From a virus: a stretch of DNA of 64,000 nt. Positions 10,898 through 19,084 of the stretch are shown here, in pieces; position 1 is the first letter of the stretch, and each line of letters starts with the position of its first letter. The position numbers and the translations under genes were made by a program. The notes beneath the pieces are model-generated. The model saw nothing but the letters and a program-made list of their open reading frames with translations, did not search any database and was not told the DNA's origin. Location of the stretch: IMG/VR virus record IMGVR_UViG_3300049324_000002, positions 32,001-96,000 of that record. One strand, 5' to 3'.

Positions 10898-12074
10898 TAA
10901 GACACCTTGTCCAAAGCACTACGGATATCCGAGTCACGAACAACAGCCGACCCGGCCCCCGAACGGCACGAACGCATCAACGACGCAACCTCTAACCCAC
11001 GCCCACCGGCCAACACAGGAAGTCTCAACAACAATCTCTCTAAAACAGAATCCCAATTCATCATCGCAGGCAACACACGTGCGGCAGCCTCAACACGCGG
11101 CCTAATAGACGCACGATCCTTATACAAATCCAACATAATCTCTGACAAATGATCTACAGAAACTTTCGCTCCCTTAACACCAGGAGTAAAATCCTTCCAC
11201 TCAAAACTCACAGGCCACGCATACTGCGAAGACATCCACTGTGCATGCCCACCCATCAAGGGAGCAACCACAGCCCCACCAGACATAGCAAACTGCACAG
11301 CCGGACGATTCTTACCTTCACCCCACGACGGAGCCAACAACACATGACAAGAATTATACAAATCAAATAACTTATCTTCAGACCAAGACTCAGCAATAAC
11401 CTTCAACCCAGGACACCACTGCTCCATAGCAGGATGCAACCCAGGAAAAGTAGTCTTCAAAATCAACTCAGCATCAGCAAGCTCACCAGCATCGCGAAGC
11501 TGCTTAAACGCCTCAATAGCAACCCACGGATTCTTCCTCGTAGAAAGAGCACCAGCCATCAAAAACTTAAACGGACTAGCAAACCAATCACGCTTACACT
11601 CAAGAACCGGATCCACACCCCCCTGCAACACCGAAATATTATCACAATAAGGTTCCAACGCGCGGCGCGAAACCTCATCATAAGCAAGAACAGAATCGAA
11701 CCTATCCAAAGACTGCTTAAGATTCTGTCTCACATTAAACGCATGCTCACAATTATTAGGACCAAGCTCATCAACATTATCCAGTGAATCCCACTCCCAC
11801 ATCGTCCAGGCCAAAGCAACCGTAGACGCACACCAAATACCACACTGATCCGGCTTAGCCAACTCCTGAGGACACCTATGCGAAATAAGTAAATCAACCA
11901 TATCAGGAATAGGACGCGTCAAAGCTGCAGCAATATCCCTAGGCAGCGGAGGGAAGACAGAAGACGGAGCCAAAAACGTATCAGCACCCCACTGCTGAAA
12001 CGCACGAACAAGCTCAATCCCATCTTTACCGTAACCAGTTACTGAATTGGCAGGAGCAGAGATCAGTACTTTCA
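10897..12074 (-). CDS. Glycosyltransferase, GT-B fold (family 4-like)
   Basis: 'MKVLISAP..TGYG', 'FLMAGALSTRKNP', 'LYNSCHVLLAPSWGEG'; likely start is the ATG at 12074, next to the upstream stop. Confidence 0.9.
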
Positions 12075-12590
12075 TTAACCTACGCTCAGTCCGTAGTGAC
12101 AAATAAGTTTCTTACCACCATCAAAATCTGCTACATCAAGCACATCAGGATGAGAAAGAAGCTGCGACCCCCACACCCGCAACCCCCTATCGGTATCCTC
12201 CCGACCCCACGTCTCATCGAAACCCATCGGGCGATGCAACTCAGTATCAAAAGGCTCCCACGCAGCCCACAACCGAGACTCAGCATCTCGTCTGACAATC
12301 AACCCAGCATCTCGGGACGCGTCTGCAATCAACTCCAAACGCAACCGAGGGAACCTCGCAGTGTTATGAGAATTCGGACGCGCCCACGCGCCAGCCACCG
12401 ACACCACCGCAGCCGTACTCGAACTCCCCTCAACCACCACACCAAACTCGTCATGGAACAACCACGTCGACGCCTCAGAACCCACCCCAGCAGGCCCCAG
12501 GACAGCCCGTACAGCCTCCACAGCCGCTAACCGGCGCCTAGCCGCCAACGCCACATCCACCGTGGCCGAAGCGACCAAAGGTAAAGTCAT
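12075..12590 (-). CDS. Putative tail terminator / head-tail joining protein
   Basis: Synteny within the head-tail connector block. Confidence 0.55.
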   Translation of the reverse strand: MTLPLVASATVDVALAARRRLAAVEAVRAVLGPAGVGSEASTWLFHDEFGVVVEGSSSTAAVVSVAGAWARPNSHNTARFPRLRLELIADASRDAGLIVRRDAESRLWAAWEPFDTELHRPMGFDETWGREDTDRGLRVWGSQLLSHPDVLDVADFDGGKKLICHYGLSVG

Positions 12591-12961
12591 TCCCTCATCC
12601 TAATATCCATCGACGTATACATAGCATTCTTTAAATCTTCGTGGATCAAGTCAACATTGCGAAGGAAGTCGTGCGATCCTCCTTTACCCATCTCAGCGCC
12701 AGCATACGTAACAGGATCATGAGGAAACCCAGGAGAATCCCCACCATAAGATATATCCCCACTCCACTCAGACTCTTTCGTCTCAAAATGAGTACGACCA
12801 GAACCCTTAAGAGAACCAGTAATAACGTGAACAATAGCCTGAGTCTCAGCAAAAGCAGTATCCATAATCGCTTCTAATTCAGCGACCGTCTCCTCACCCG
12901 GACCAGAGATCGCTCTTAACGCGTCTTTCCACTCATCCATATTAATGCTAATAGAAATCAC
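12587..12961 (-). CDS. HK97 gp10-like tail-completion protein
   Basis: 'VHVITGSLKGSG...YA..E..' motif; synteny. Confidence 0.65.
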   Translation of the reverse strand: MISISINMDEWKDALRAISGPGEETVAELEAIMDTAFAETQAIVHVITGSLKGSGRTHFETKESEWSGDISYGGDSPGFPHDPVTYAGAEMGKGGSHDFLRNVDLIHEDLKNAMYTSMDIRMRE

Positions 12962-13350
12962 GACGACCGAACACCCGCAGCCACAGACGGGGGAAGCTCC
13001 ACCGCCTGCCCCTCGAGATGATGCAATCGAGACATACTAGTAGAAACATCAGGAGCGACACGAATCTGCCACGTACCAGTCACGGGGCCAGAAACACACT
13101 CAATGTGGTCACCAGGACGTAAATCAATATTGGGAGAAACCCAATAGGTAGCAACACGATCAGGAGTACGACCAGCCTGAGGAGGCATAGGGAAGTCTTT
13201 ACCGGGTCGGAAAAAACCGACCTCAAGTCTAATAGGCACTTCTTCAAGTCCTGCAACATCGCGCCATGCTGTAGTAAGAATTCCGTCCTGCATAGAAACT
13301 AGCGGGCGAGATACCTTAACCCGTGAAGGCATTAAATGAATGCCGATCAT
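12958..13350 (-). CDS. Head-tail stopper/closure protein
   Basis: 'DLRPGDHI...HHLEGQ' motif; synteny; ATG at 13350 overlaps the upstream stop. Confidence 0.6.
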   Translation of the reverse strand: MIGIHLMPSRVKVSRPLVSMQDGILTTAWRDVAGLEEVPIRLEVGFFRPGKDFPMPPQAGRTPDRVATYWVSPNIDLRPGDHIECVSGPVTGTWQIRVAPDVSTSMSRLHHLEGQAVELPPSVAAGVRSS

Positions 13351-13892
13351 TATGAAAACGGCCAATCATCAGGCTCCCAGCCTGCATGCTCAACAAAAGA
13401 ATCTCGCCCAGTATAAGGAGAACCTCTAAATCTATTTGTATCCGCAGGACCGACTAGAATCCTCTCACCATGAACTTCTGCAGTATCGTTATGCCGATCA
13501 TAAACATGAATCGAATTACTCTCAATCGCAAGCTCAGACCGCAACTGAGACACAGCCAAATCAAACCAAGCAACACCCGTAGGAATCCCCTGCAAAACCG
13601 CATTCTGTGCCAACGAATAAGAATAAGTACCAATCGTCTCCGTACGGAAAGGAGAAAACCGCAAATCACGACTATCCTGGCCCTCATAAAGAGCCTCAGC
13701 CATAGACAACACGCCACGATTAGCTAATCTAAGATTTAAACCTTCGTCAGGAAGCTCCGTCAATCCAGTAGCAAGCTCAAACAAATCCCCAGCCTGCAGG
13801 AGAGACTCAACAACAAAGCGCTTGTAGTAAATAGACTCTTTGCCAGTAAAATTAGCCAGGTCGACAAGAGTTAGTCCAGTATCCACGACCAC
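13350..13892 (-). CDS. Head-tail adaptor protein
   Basis: 'RTETIGTYSYS' motif typical of gp6/gp15-type adaptors. Confidence 0.7.
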   Translation of the reverse strand: MVVDTGLTLVDLANFTGKESIYYKRFVVESLLQAGDLFELATGLTELPDEGLNLRLANRGVLSMAEALYEGQDSRDLRFSPFRTETIGTYSYSLAQNAVLQGIPTGVAWFDLAVSQLRSELAIESNSIHVYDRHNDTAEVHGERILVGPADTNRFRGSPYTGRDSFVEHAGWEPDDWPFS

Positions 13893-13921
13893 TCCCCTAT
13901 CGAACTAACAAGCGCAACCTC

Positions 13922-14356
13922 TTAACGACGAGCCGCCGAAACAGGAGCGATAGCGCGAGGCTTCCTCCCACGCTTCAATTCCGCCTCCAACGAATTATCG
14001 TCAGCATATGGCTGACCCGGCCACGGGCCGTGACGGAAATAAATTCGGCCATAACGCTGCATCTGTCCACGGTCATCAAGATCCAACCAAGAATCCCCAA
14101 ACCGATCCATAGTATCCTTGTACACAACCTCGTCCGTAACATACTCGATCTCCTGTCCACGATACCAAATCTGGCCGTGCGCAGAAAATCCGTCTTCGAG
14201 AATGTGAATCAGGATAACCTGAGGCTCCTCAACGGGAACAGGAACCACATCAGGCTCAGAAGGAACTGGTGCAGACACAACGGAAGCCGGAGCGGCTGCT
14301 GGCGCAACAGCCGCGTCCGGTCCCTGCTTAGGAAAACGAATAGTATCGGGCATCAA
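13922..14356 (-). CDS. Hypothetical protein in the virion region
   Basis: ORF between capsid and adaptor; RBS AAGGAG. Confidence 0.6.
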   Translation of the reverse strand: MMPDTIRFPKQGPDAAVAPAAAPASVVSAPVPSEPDVVPVPVEEPQVILIHILEDGFSAHGQIWYRGQEIEYVTDEVVYKDTMDRFGDSWLDLDDRGQMQRYGRIYFRHGPWPGQPYADDNSLEAELKRGRKPRAIAPVSAARR

Positions 14357-14381
14357 CGTGCTCCTTGGTTAATCAGTGATA

Positions 14382-15374
14382 CTAGACGCCCACGTTAGCG
14401 ACTAGGAACTGCTCAGGACGGTATACAACCGGCAAGAAATTATACTCCATCAAGTATTGGCGGAAAGACGGGTCATTCTCTTTCCACGTCTTACTGAACT
14501 TACCAGTGTGACCGTCAGGAGCGTCATCATCAGCGGAAGGACCCTCAAGGAACTCCATCGGACGATTGTCAGTCAGGTTAGAGAAAATCATGAGGCCCTC
14601 ATCCAAGAACCGAGTCTCAGTCCCATCATCAGTCTCATAGATTGACTCACAAACAGTCCAGTTCAGCCCCAAGAAGCCCGGGAGAATACCAGTCGAGTAG
14701 TACTCATCCCGCATACGGTCCGACATCAGACCGGCAGCGTTACCATTCGCCGCAAAAGCATCGAAGACCTGAGCGAGAGTATTCTCAGTAGTGAAAACCT
14801 CACGCACCGGAACCTGACCATCACGCTGAATCTGACGCTTCCACGCGCGCACATCCGCCATAATCTGCGGAACCGTAGCACTTCCCCACGCAATAGAAGC
14901 AGTCACCTGATGCGAGGAAGGGAACTTGTAATCGATATCAGCTTGCACATCCGGGAAGTCAAGCTGAATGCGGCCCTGCAGAGCCTTCCAAGCACAGAAC
15001 TCAACAAAGTTATCAAAACGAATGTTCAGGTCATTGATCTCACGGAGAACAGCCTGCTCTGCATTCGTCGCAGCAAGCTGACCAGGAGTCCGCAACCAGT
15101 GAATGGTCGTCGGCTCAAATATCTTCTTCTCACGCAAGTAAATGAAGGCTGCGCTTTCCTGCGACCGACCCAACCGAGGCACAACGTGCGCCTCGGAGTT
15201 CGGTACATTTGGCTTAGCCATCATACGGCTACCACGAATGACATCCCAGCGCGCAACCGGATAAGGCCACGGAGCACTAGAAAGTCTATTCTTCAAAATC
15301 AGCGTTTCCGGTGTTTGTAGTTTTTCTACAACACCCTTCAACACCATAGGCTCAAGCAGACCAATTTCCGGCAC
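14382..15374 (-). CDS. Major capsid protein (lambda gpE-like family)
   Basis: 330 aa; 'EFCAWKALQGRI...IDYKFPSSHQ' and C-terminal 'LPVVYRPE' pattern; follows decoration and scaffold genes. Confidence 0.85.
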   Translation of the reverse strand: MPEIGLLEPMVLKGVVEKLQTPETLILKNRLSSAPWPYPVARWDVIRGSRMMAKPNVPNSEAHVVPRLGRSQESAAFIYLREKKIFEPTTIHWLRTPGQLAATNAEQAVLREINDLNIRFDNFVEFCAWKALQGRIQLDFPDVQADIDYKFPSSHQVTASIAWGSATVPQIMADVRAWKRQIQRDGQVPVREVFTTENTLAQVFDAFAANGNAAGLMSDRMRDEYYSTGILPGFLGLNWTVCESIYETDDGTETRFLDEGLMIFSNLTDNRPMEFLEGPSADDDAPDGHTGKFSKTWKENDPSFRQYLMEYNFLPVVYRPEQFLVANVGV

Positions 15375-15497
15375 TTCATCACCTCAAAGCTCGGGCTAGC
15401 AGCCAGCTAGCACTTGTCTTCATCAGCGAATCCTGTGCGGATCCCGGCCTGCACCAGACCCCTAAGGTCTCAACCGGTTGGCCTATCGATTTAATTA

Positions 15498-15908
15498 TTA
15501 GAAGGTGTAAGTTCCAAACACACTGTCAGTACGCGCATTAAGATCGACCAGCGCGGCAGCATCAGAACCGACAACCATCTCAAGCTTCAGAATGCCAGAG
15601 ATAACGACGTTACCCTGGTAAACACGAGCGTCAGAAGAACTATCTGTTCCAGTGTCAACGCCGCGCCGCAAAATACCGCGACAAACGTTAGCACCACCAG
15701 AACCACCATCATTGTACTTAACCCACAACTTGTCGGCAGTACGCTGAGCCATTGCCTGCCCGAGCGGGAGAATCCCCTGACCCGGGGCCAACGTCACACC
15801 CTTCTGCGTAAACCGCGCAGTCGAGTAAAGAAGCTCAGGATCATAACTAGTGTTACCCTTGTAAAAACCAGGCGCCGGGATAATATTGCCGACGTACTCT
15901 ACAGCCAT
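15498..15908 (-). CDS. Head decoration protein (lambda gpD-like)
   Basis: 'VTLAPGQGILPLGQAM...CRGIL'; position between scaffold and major capsid. Confidence 0.75.
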   Translation of the reverse strand: MAVEYVGNIIPAPGFYKGNTSYDPELLYSTARFTQKGVTLAPGQGILPLGQAMAQRTADKLWVKYNDGGSGGANVCRGILRRGVDTGTDSSSDARVYQGNVVISGILKLEMVVGSDAAALVDLNARTDSVFGTYTF

Positions 15909-15949
15909 TACGCTCTTTCCCTCCGCCTAGCTCAAAAACTCGTTATCGA

Positions 15950-17164
15950 CTAAGACTTAGTTCCAACGTACTGAGCGGCGGCACCACCGGGAGCAGTCAA
16001 GCGCGCAATCTCCGCCTCGATATCAATTTCATGCTTATCGTGCTCTTTGCCCTGAGGAGCAATCCCCTGCTCAACACTCATCTTCACAATGGGCTCATCA
16101 GGAACAATCTGATCGAACATCTCACGGTTAGTGAGACACATCGTCAAATGGACCTCACGCTTAGCCGGAAGGATACGACCCTCACTAATAAGACGATCAA
16201 CCTCGATCTCAGCGTTCTTCGTCTCCAACGCAGCAATCCGACCATCCGAAGCAGTCTGCGCTGCAGACAAAGCCACGTTACGATTAGCCAACTCAGTCAC
16301 AGCCTTGACAACATCCTCGTCTGAAACACCATCAGACTTCGACAACTTGGCGCCTTCCTCCGAACCCGCGAGGGCAGCGGCCACCCGATCAGCAAGAGTG
16401 GTATCAACAGCAGAAAGCTTCACCTCAAGATCTGCAGCCTTCTTCTCTGCGACCTCAGAAGCAGTAACAGCGTCAGTGACAGCAGTCTCAGCAGTAGAAA
16501 GCTGAGTACGCAAAGCATCAACATCGATCTGGTGATCAGTGTTAAGCTCCGCCAACACATCCGCCAAAGGTCGCGGCACAGAAACCTCCTGAGAATCGCC
16601 GCTCATCTGAACAAGAACGGGCTCACCAAGGTCTTCGGCCGATGCAGCAACAACCGCCTCATATGGATCAAGACCTGTCACATAAGGACGATTAGTGACA
16701 GCCACGTGCAAAAGAGTAGGACCAACACGCTGGCCAGACTTCGAATCCTTATAATTCAAATGAAAAAACGCTGACGCACCAAGCAGTGTTTTACCAAAAT
16801 CATTAACATGCTTGCGAGCATCAACCAGAGCGTAAACCTTGCCAGTCGCCTTATTATCTTCAATACCTACGACTTCACCAAGATTCGCTGCTGGGTTCTC
16901 AACATGCGCATTCTGATCATTAGCGAGAGGAACCTGCACAATATCACAAACATTATTCGTAAAATTACGCTTCATCCTATCAATGAACTCATCATTGATA
17001 TCAATCTTCGTGCCAGTGACAGGATGGAGCAGCACACCCCTATTCAGGATATGCTTACGGTAAACCTTTCCCTGCACCTTCCGAGAAAGCTCGACCTCAG
17101 TTTCAGTATCCGTTGCCGTCCAGTCAGCATAAGGACTAGGAGCAATGATGCAGTCAGACGCCAT
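15950..17164 (-). CDS. Capsid maturation protease (Mu gpI-like) fused to scaffold
   Basis: 'GPTLLHVAVTNRPYVTGL' protease motif; coiled-coil C-half with 'EVDRLISEGRILPA'. Confidence 0.85.
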   Translation of the reverse strand: MASDCIIAPSPYADWTATDTETEVELSRKVQGKVYRKHILNRGVLLHPVTGTKIDINDEFIDRMKRNFTNNVCDIVQVPLANDQNAHVENPAANLGEVVGIEDNKATGKVYALVDARKHVNDFGKTLLGASAFFHLNYKDSKSGQRVGPTLLHVAVTNRPYVTGLDPYEAVVAASAEDLGEPVLVQMSGDSQEVSVPRPLADVLAELNTDHQIDVDALRTQLSTAETAVTDAVTASEVAEKKAADLEVKLSAVDTTLADRVAAALAGSEEGAKLSKSDGVSDEDVVKAVTELANRNVALSAAQTASDGRIAALETKNAEIEVDRLISEGRILPAKREVHLTMCLTNREMFDQIVPDEPIVKMSVEQGIAPQGKEHDKHEIDIEAEIARLTAPGGAAAQYVGTKS

Positions 17165-17170
17165 ACACCA

Positions 17171-17407
17171 TTATTCGCCAACAACCAACCGAGGCCAATC
17201 AGCTACCTCATCATTGAACACTTCAAGATTAAGAAGACTACTACCGTCAATAACAAAAGTCTCTACCCACCGACCCTTACCATTAATATTCTCTTCCAAC
17301 CGCTGCGCGACAAAACCTCTAGGACTAAGACGAGCTTCAATAACTCGTGGTTTAGACTCCATCAGATGGATCCTTAGCATAGTGTTTATTACGTAACTCA
17401 TCGGCAC
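17171..17407 (-). CDS. Hypothetical protein
   Basis: Short ORF in the head operon; true start probably 17362. Confidence 0.45.
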   Translation of the reverse strand: MPMSYVINTMLRIHLMESKPRVIEARLSPRGFVAQRLEENINGKGRWVETFVIDGSSLLNLEVFNDEVADWPRLVVGE

Positions 17408-17576
17408 ACTCTACGCAAACTAAAGTAGGGACACCCTTAATTACCATAAGGACAGTAGCAGGCTTATTACATACCTCACTCTTAGGCACAGACCCGGCCG
17501 CGATAGAAACGGCCATATACTCCCACTCCATAGGGCAAGCAGGAACAGCATCCAAATAAGGCTCAGTCACAAACAA
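17352..17576 (-). CDS. Small Cys-rich protein
   Basis: C..(n)..C..(n)..CVEC. Confidence 0.5.
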   Translation of the reverse strand: MFVTEPYLDAVPACPMEWEYMAVSIAAGSVPKSEVCNKPATVLMVIKGVPTLVCVECADELRNKHYAKDPSDGV

Positions 17577-17579
17577 ACA

Positions 17580-17780
17580 CTATACCGCAGAATCGCCAGA
17601 ATCAGTAGCAGATGAATCTTCCGGCTCGTCCTTCACCACCGGCAACCCATCCCCATCCACCGCCAAATCAGGAGCAGGCGAATAACGACGCGTCTCGAAG
17701 AAATCGTCAGCCACAGACTCCAATTCGTCCATAGACGGTCCAGTCTGCATATCAGCGTCACTATTCACTGACGGGCTGCT
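17580..17780 (-). CDS. Small acidic hypothetical protein
   Basis: Fills the gap after the topoisomerase; start uncertain. Confidence 0.4.
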   Translation of the reverse strand, partial: SSPSVNSDADMQTGPSMDELESVADDFFETRRYSPAPDLAVDGDGLPVVKDEPEDSSATDSGDSAV

Positions 17781-19068
17781 CACCGCTACCCACCCCCTCC
17801 CACTTCGCAAAAACAGACGGATCAATGTAAGAAGCCAGTGCAACAGTCGGAGTGTTACCAAGTTTCTCCGACACCGCCACAGCCACCGCGCGGCGAGCCT
17901 TCACCAAAGCCGCCTTATTAGATGGTACCGGCATAGCCTCCACCATAGCAAAAGCATGCAACGTGCCATGATACGTACGTAAATCCTTTAACTTAAACCC
18001 AGGAGCAACAGAATGTAGATAGTCTGCTGTCTTTCTCTCATTTGTGGCAAACACCTTATCCCCTGGTGCCTTACCAGCAAGTCTAGGCGTCAACATAGCA
18101 GCCAACTGAGGATCCTCAACAGAGAAAGAAAGATCTACACCCTTTTTACCAGTGAAATCGAGATGAACAGTCTCACCATCTACCTTAACGTGACCAGCAC
18201 GAAGATTAGTCGCACCAAACGCTTTCTTCTCTGCACCAGTATCAGAATCCGAACCCGGGCGCAACCCCAACCGCCGAATCAACATTAAAGCAGCGGCGTG
18301 GTCGTTGGTCGCTGAGTCACTAGAAATACTATGATCGATATCCCCAATATGAGAACGCAAAGTATTAATCCTCGCGAACTTCGCTGCCGCTTGCTTTTCT
18401 GAGTGCGCCGACGAATAGACATACTGAGAACGTCCTTTCGAGTCCATACCAACAGCCTGCAAAGCTGCATTAGGATCATCAGTAACCTGAACATTCGTCC
18501 AAGCTGGTGGCAACTTAATGCCATCCTTAGCAAGACGCTCATGATCCGCCTGAGACGCTACATGGAACCCCGCTCGAGCAGGCGCGGCAGGAGGTTCTCC
18601 ACTGGGAGCGCTCGGCGTACCAGGCGATTGTGCATCATTGTGGACAGGTTCAGAATGCGTACTAGAAGGACTACTCGAAACCGGAGCCGCGCCGGGGGCC
18701 TGTGAAATACTCTTAATCGTCACACCCTTATGGCCACGAGGATGAGGAGTAATCCGCTTACCAGTCTCACGATCATAATCGTAAGCTGACACTTCCTCAA
18801 TACCATGAGGAGTATGCCTCGCATGCGCAGGAACATGCACAATAGTAGCCTGCACCTCAAGCACATGCGTATCTAAAATACTATCTGGAATAGGGTTACC
18901 ATCTACATAACCCTCAATCCACATCTTAGCTTTAATTCTAGCTGACGGAGAAGCAGATTTGACGTCAAAAGGGTTGTCTGAATTAGGATTGCCGACCCGG
19001 GCGGCACGCACACCGTCACGGTACGCAGCAACCATATCCTGCTCAATCGACACCAGTTGACCTCTCAC
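17761..19068 (-). CDS. DNA topoisomerase IB (bacterial/poxvirus type) with N-terminal extension
   Basis: 'LPPAWTNV', 'DSKGRSQYVY', 'GLRPG' (R), 'FTGKKG' (K), 'KDLRTYHGT' (R), 'LGNTPTVALASYIDP' (N/Y): catalytic motifs are present. Confidence 0.92.
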   Translation of the reverse strand: MRGQLVSIEQDMVAAYRDGVRAARVGNPNSDNPFDVKSASPSARIKAKMWIEGYVDGNPIPDSILDTHVLEVQATIVHVPAHARHTPHGIEEVSAYDYDRETGKRITPHPRGHKGVTIKSISQAPGAAPVSSSPSSTHSEPVHNDAQSPGTPSAPSGEPPAAPARAGFHVASQADHERLAKDGIKLPPAWTNVQVTDDPNAALQAVGMDSKGRSQYVYSSAHSEKQAAAKFARINTLRSHIGDIDHSISSDSATNDHAAALMLIRRLGLRPGSDSDTGAEKKAFGATNLRAGHVKVDGETVHLDFTGKKGVDLSFSVEDPQLAAMLTPRLAGKAPGDKVFATNERKTADYLHSVAPGFKLKDLRTYHGTLHAFAMVEAMPVPSNKAALVKARRAVAVAVSEKLGNTPTVALASYIDPSVFAKWEGVGSGEQPVSE

Positions 19069-19084
19069 ACCAAGTAGTACCGCG

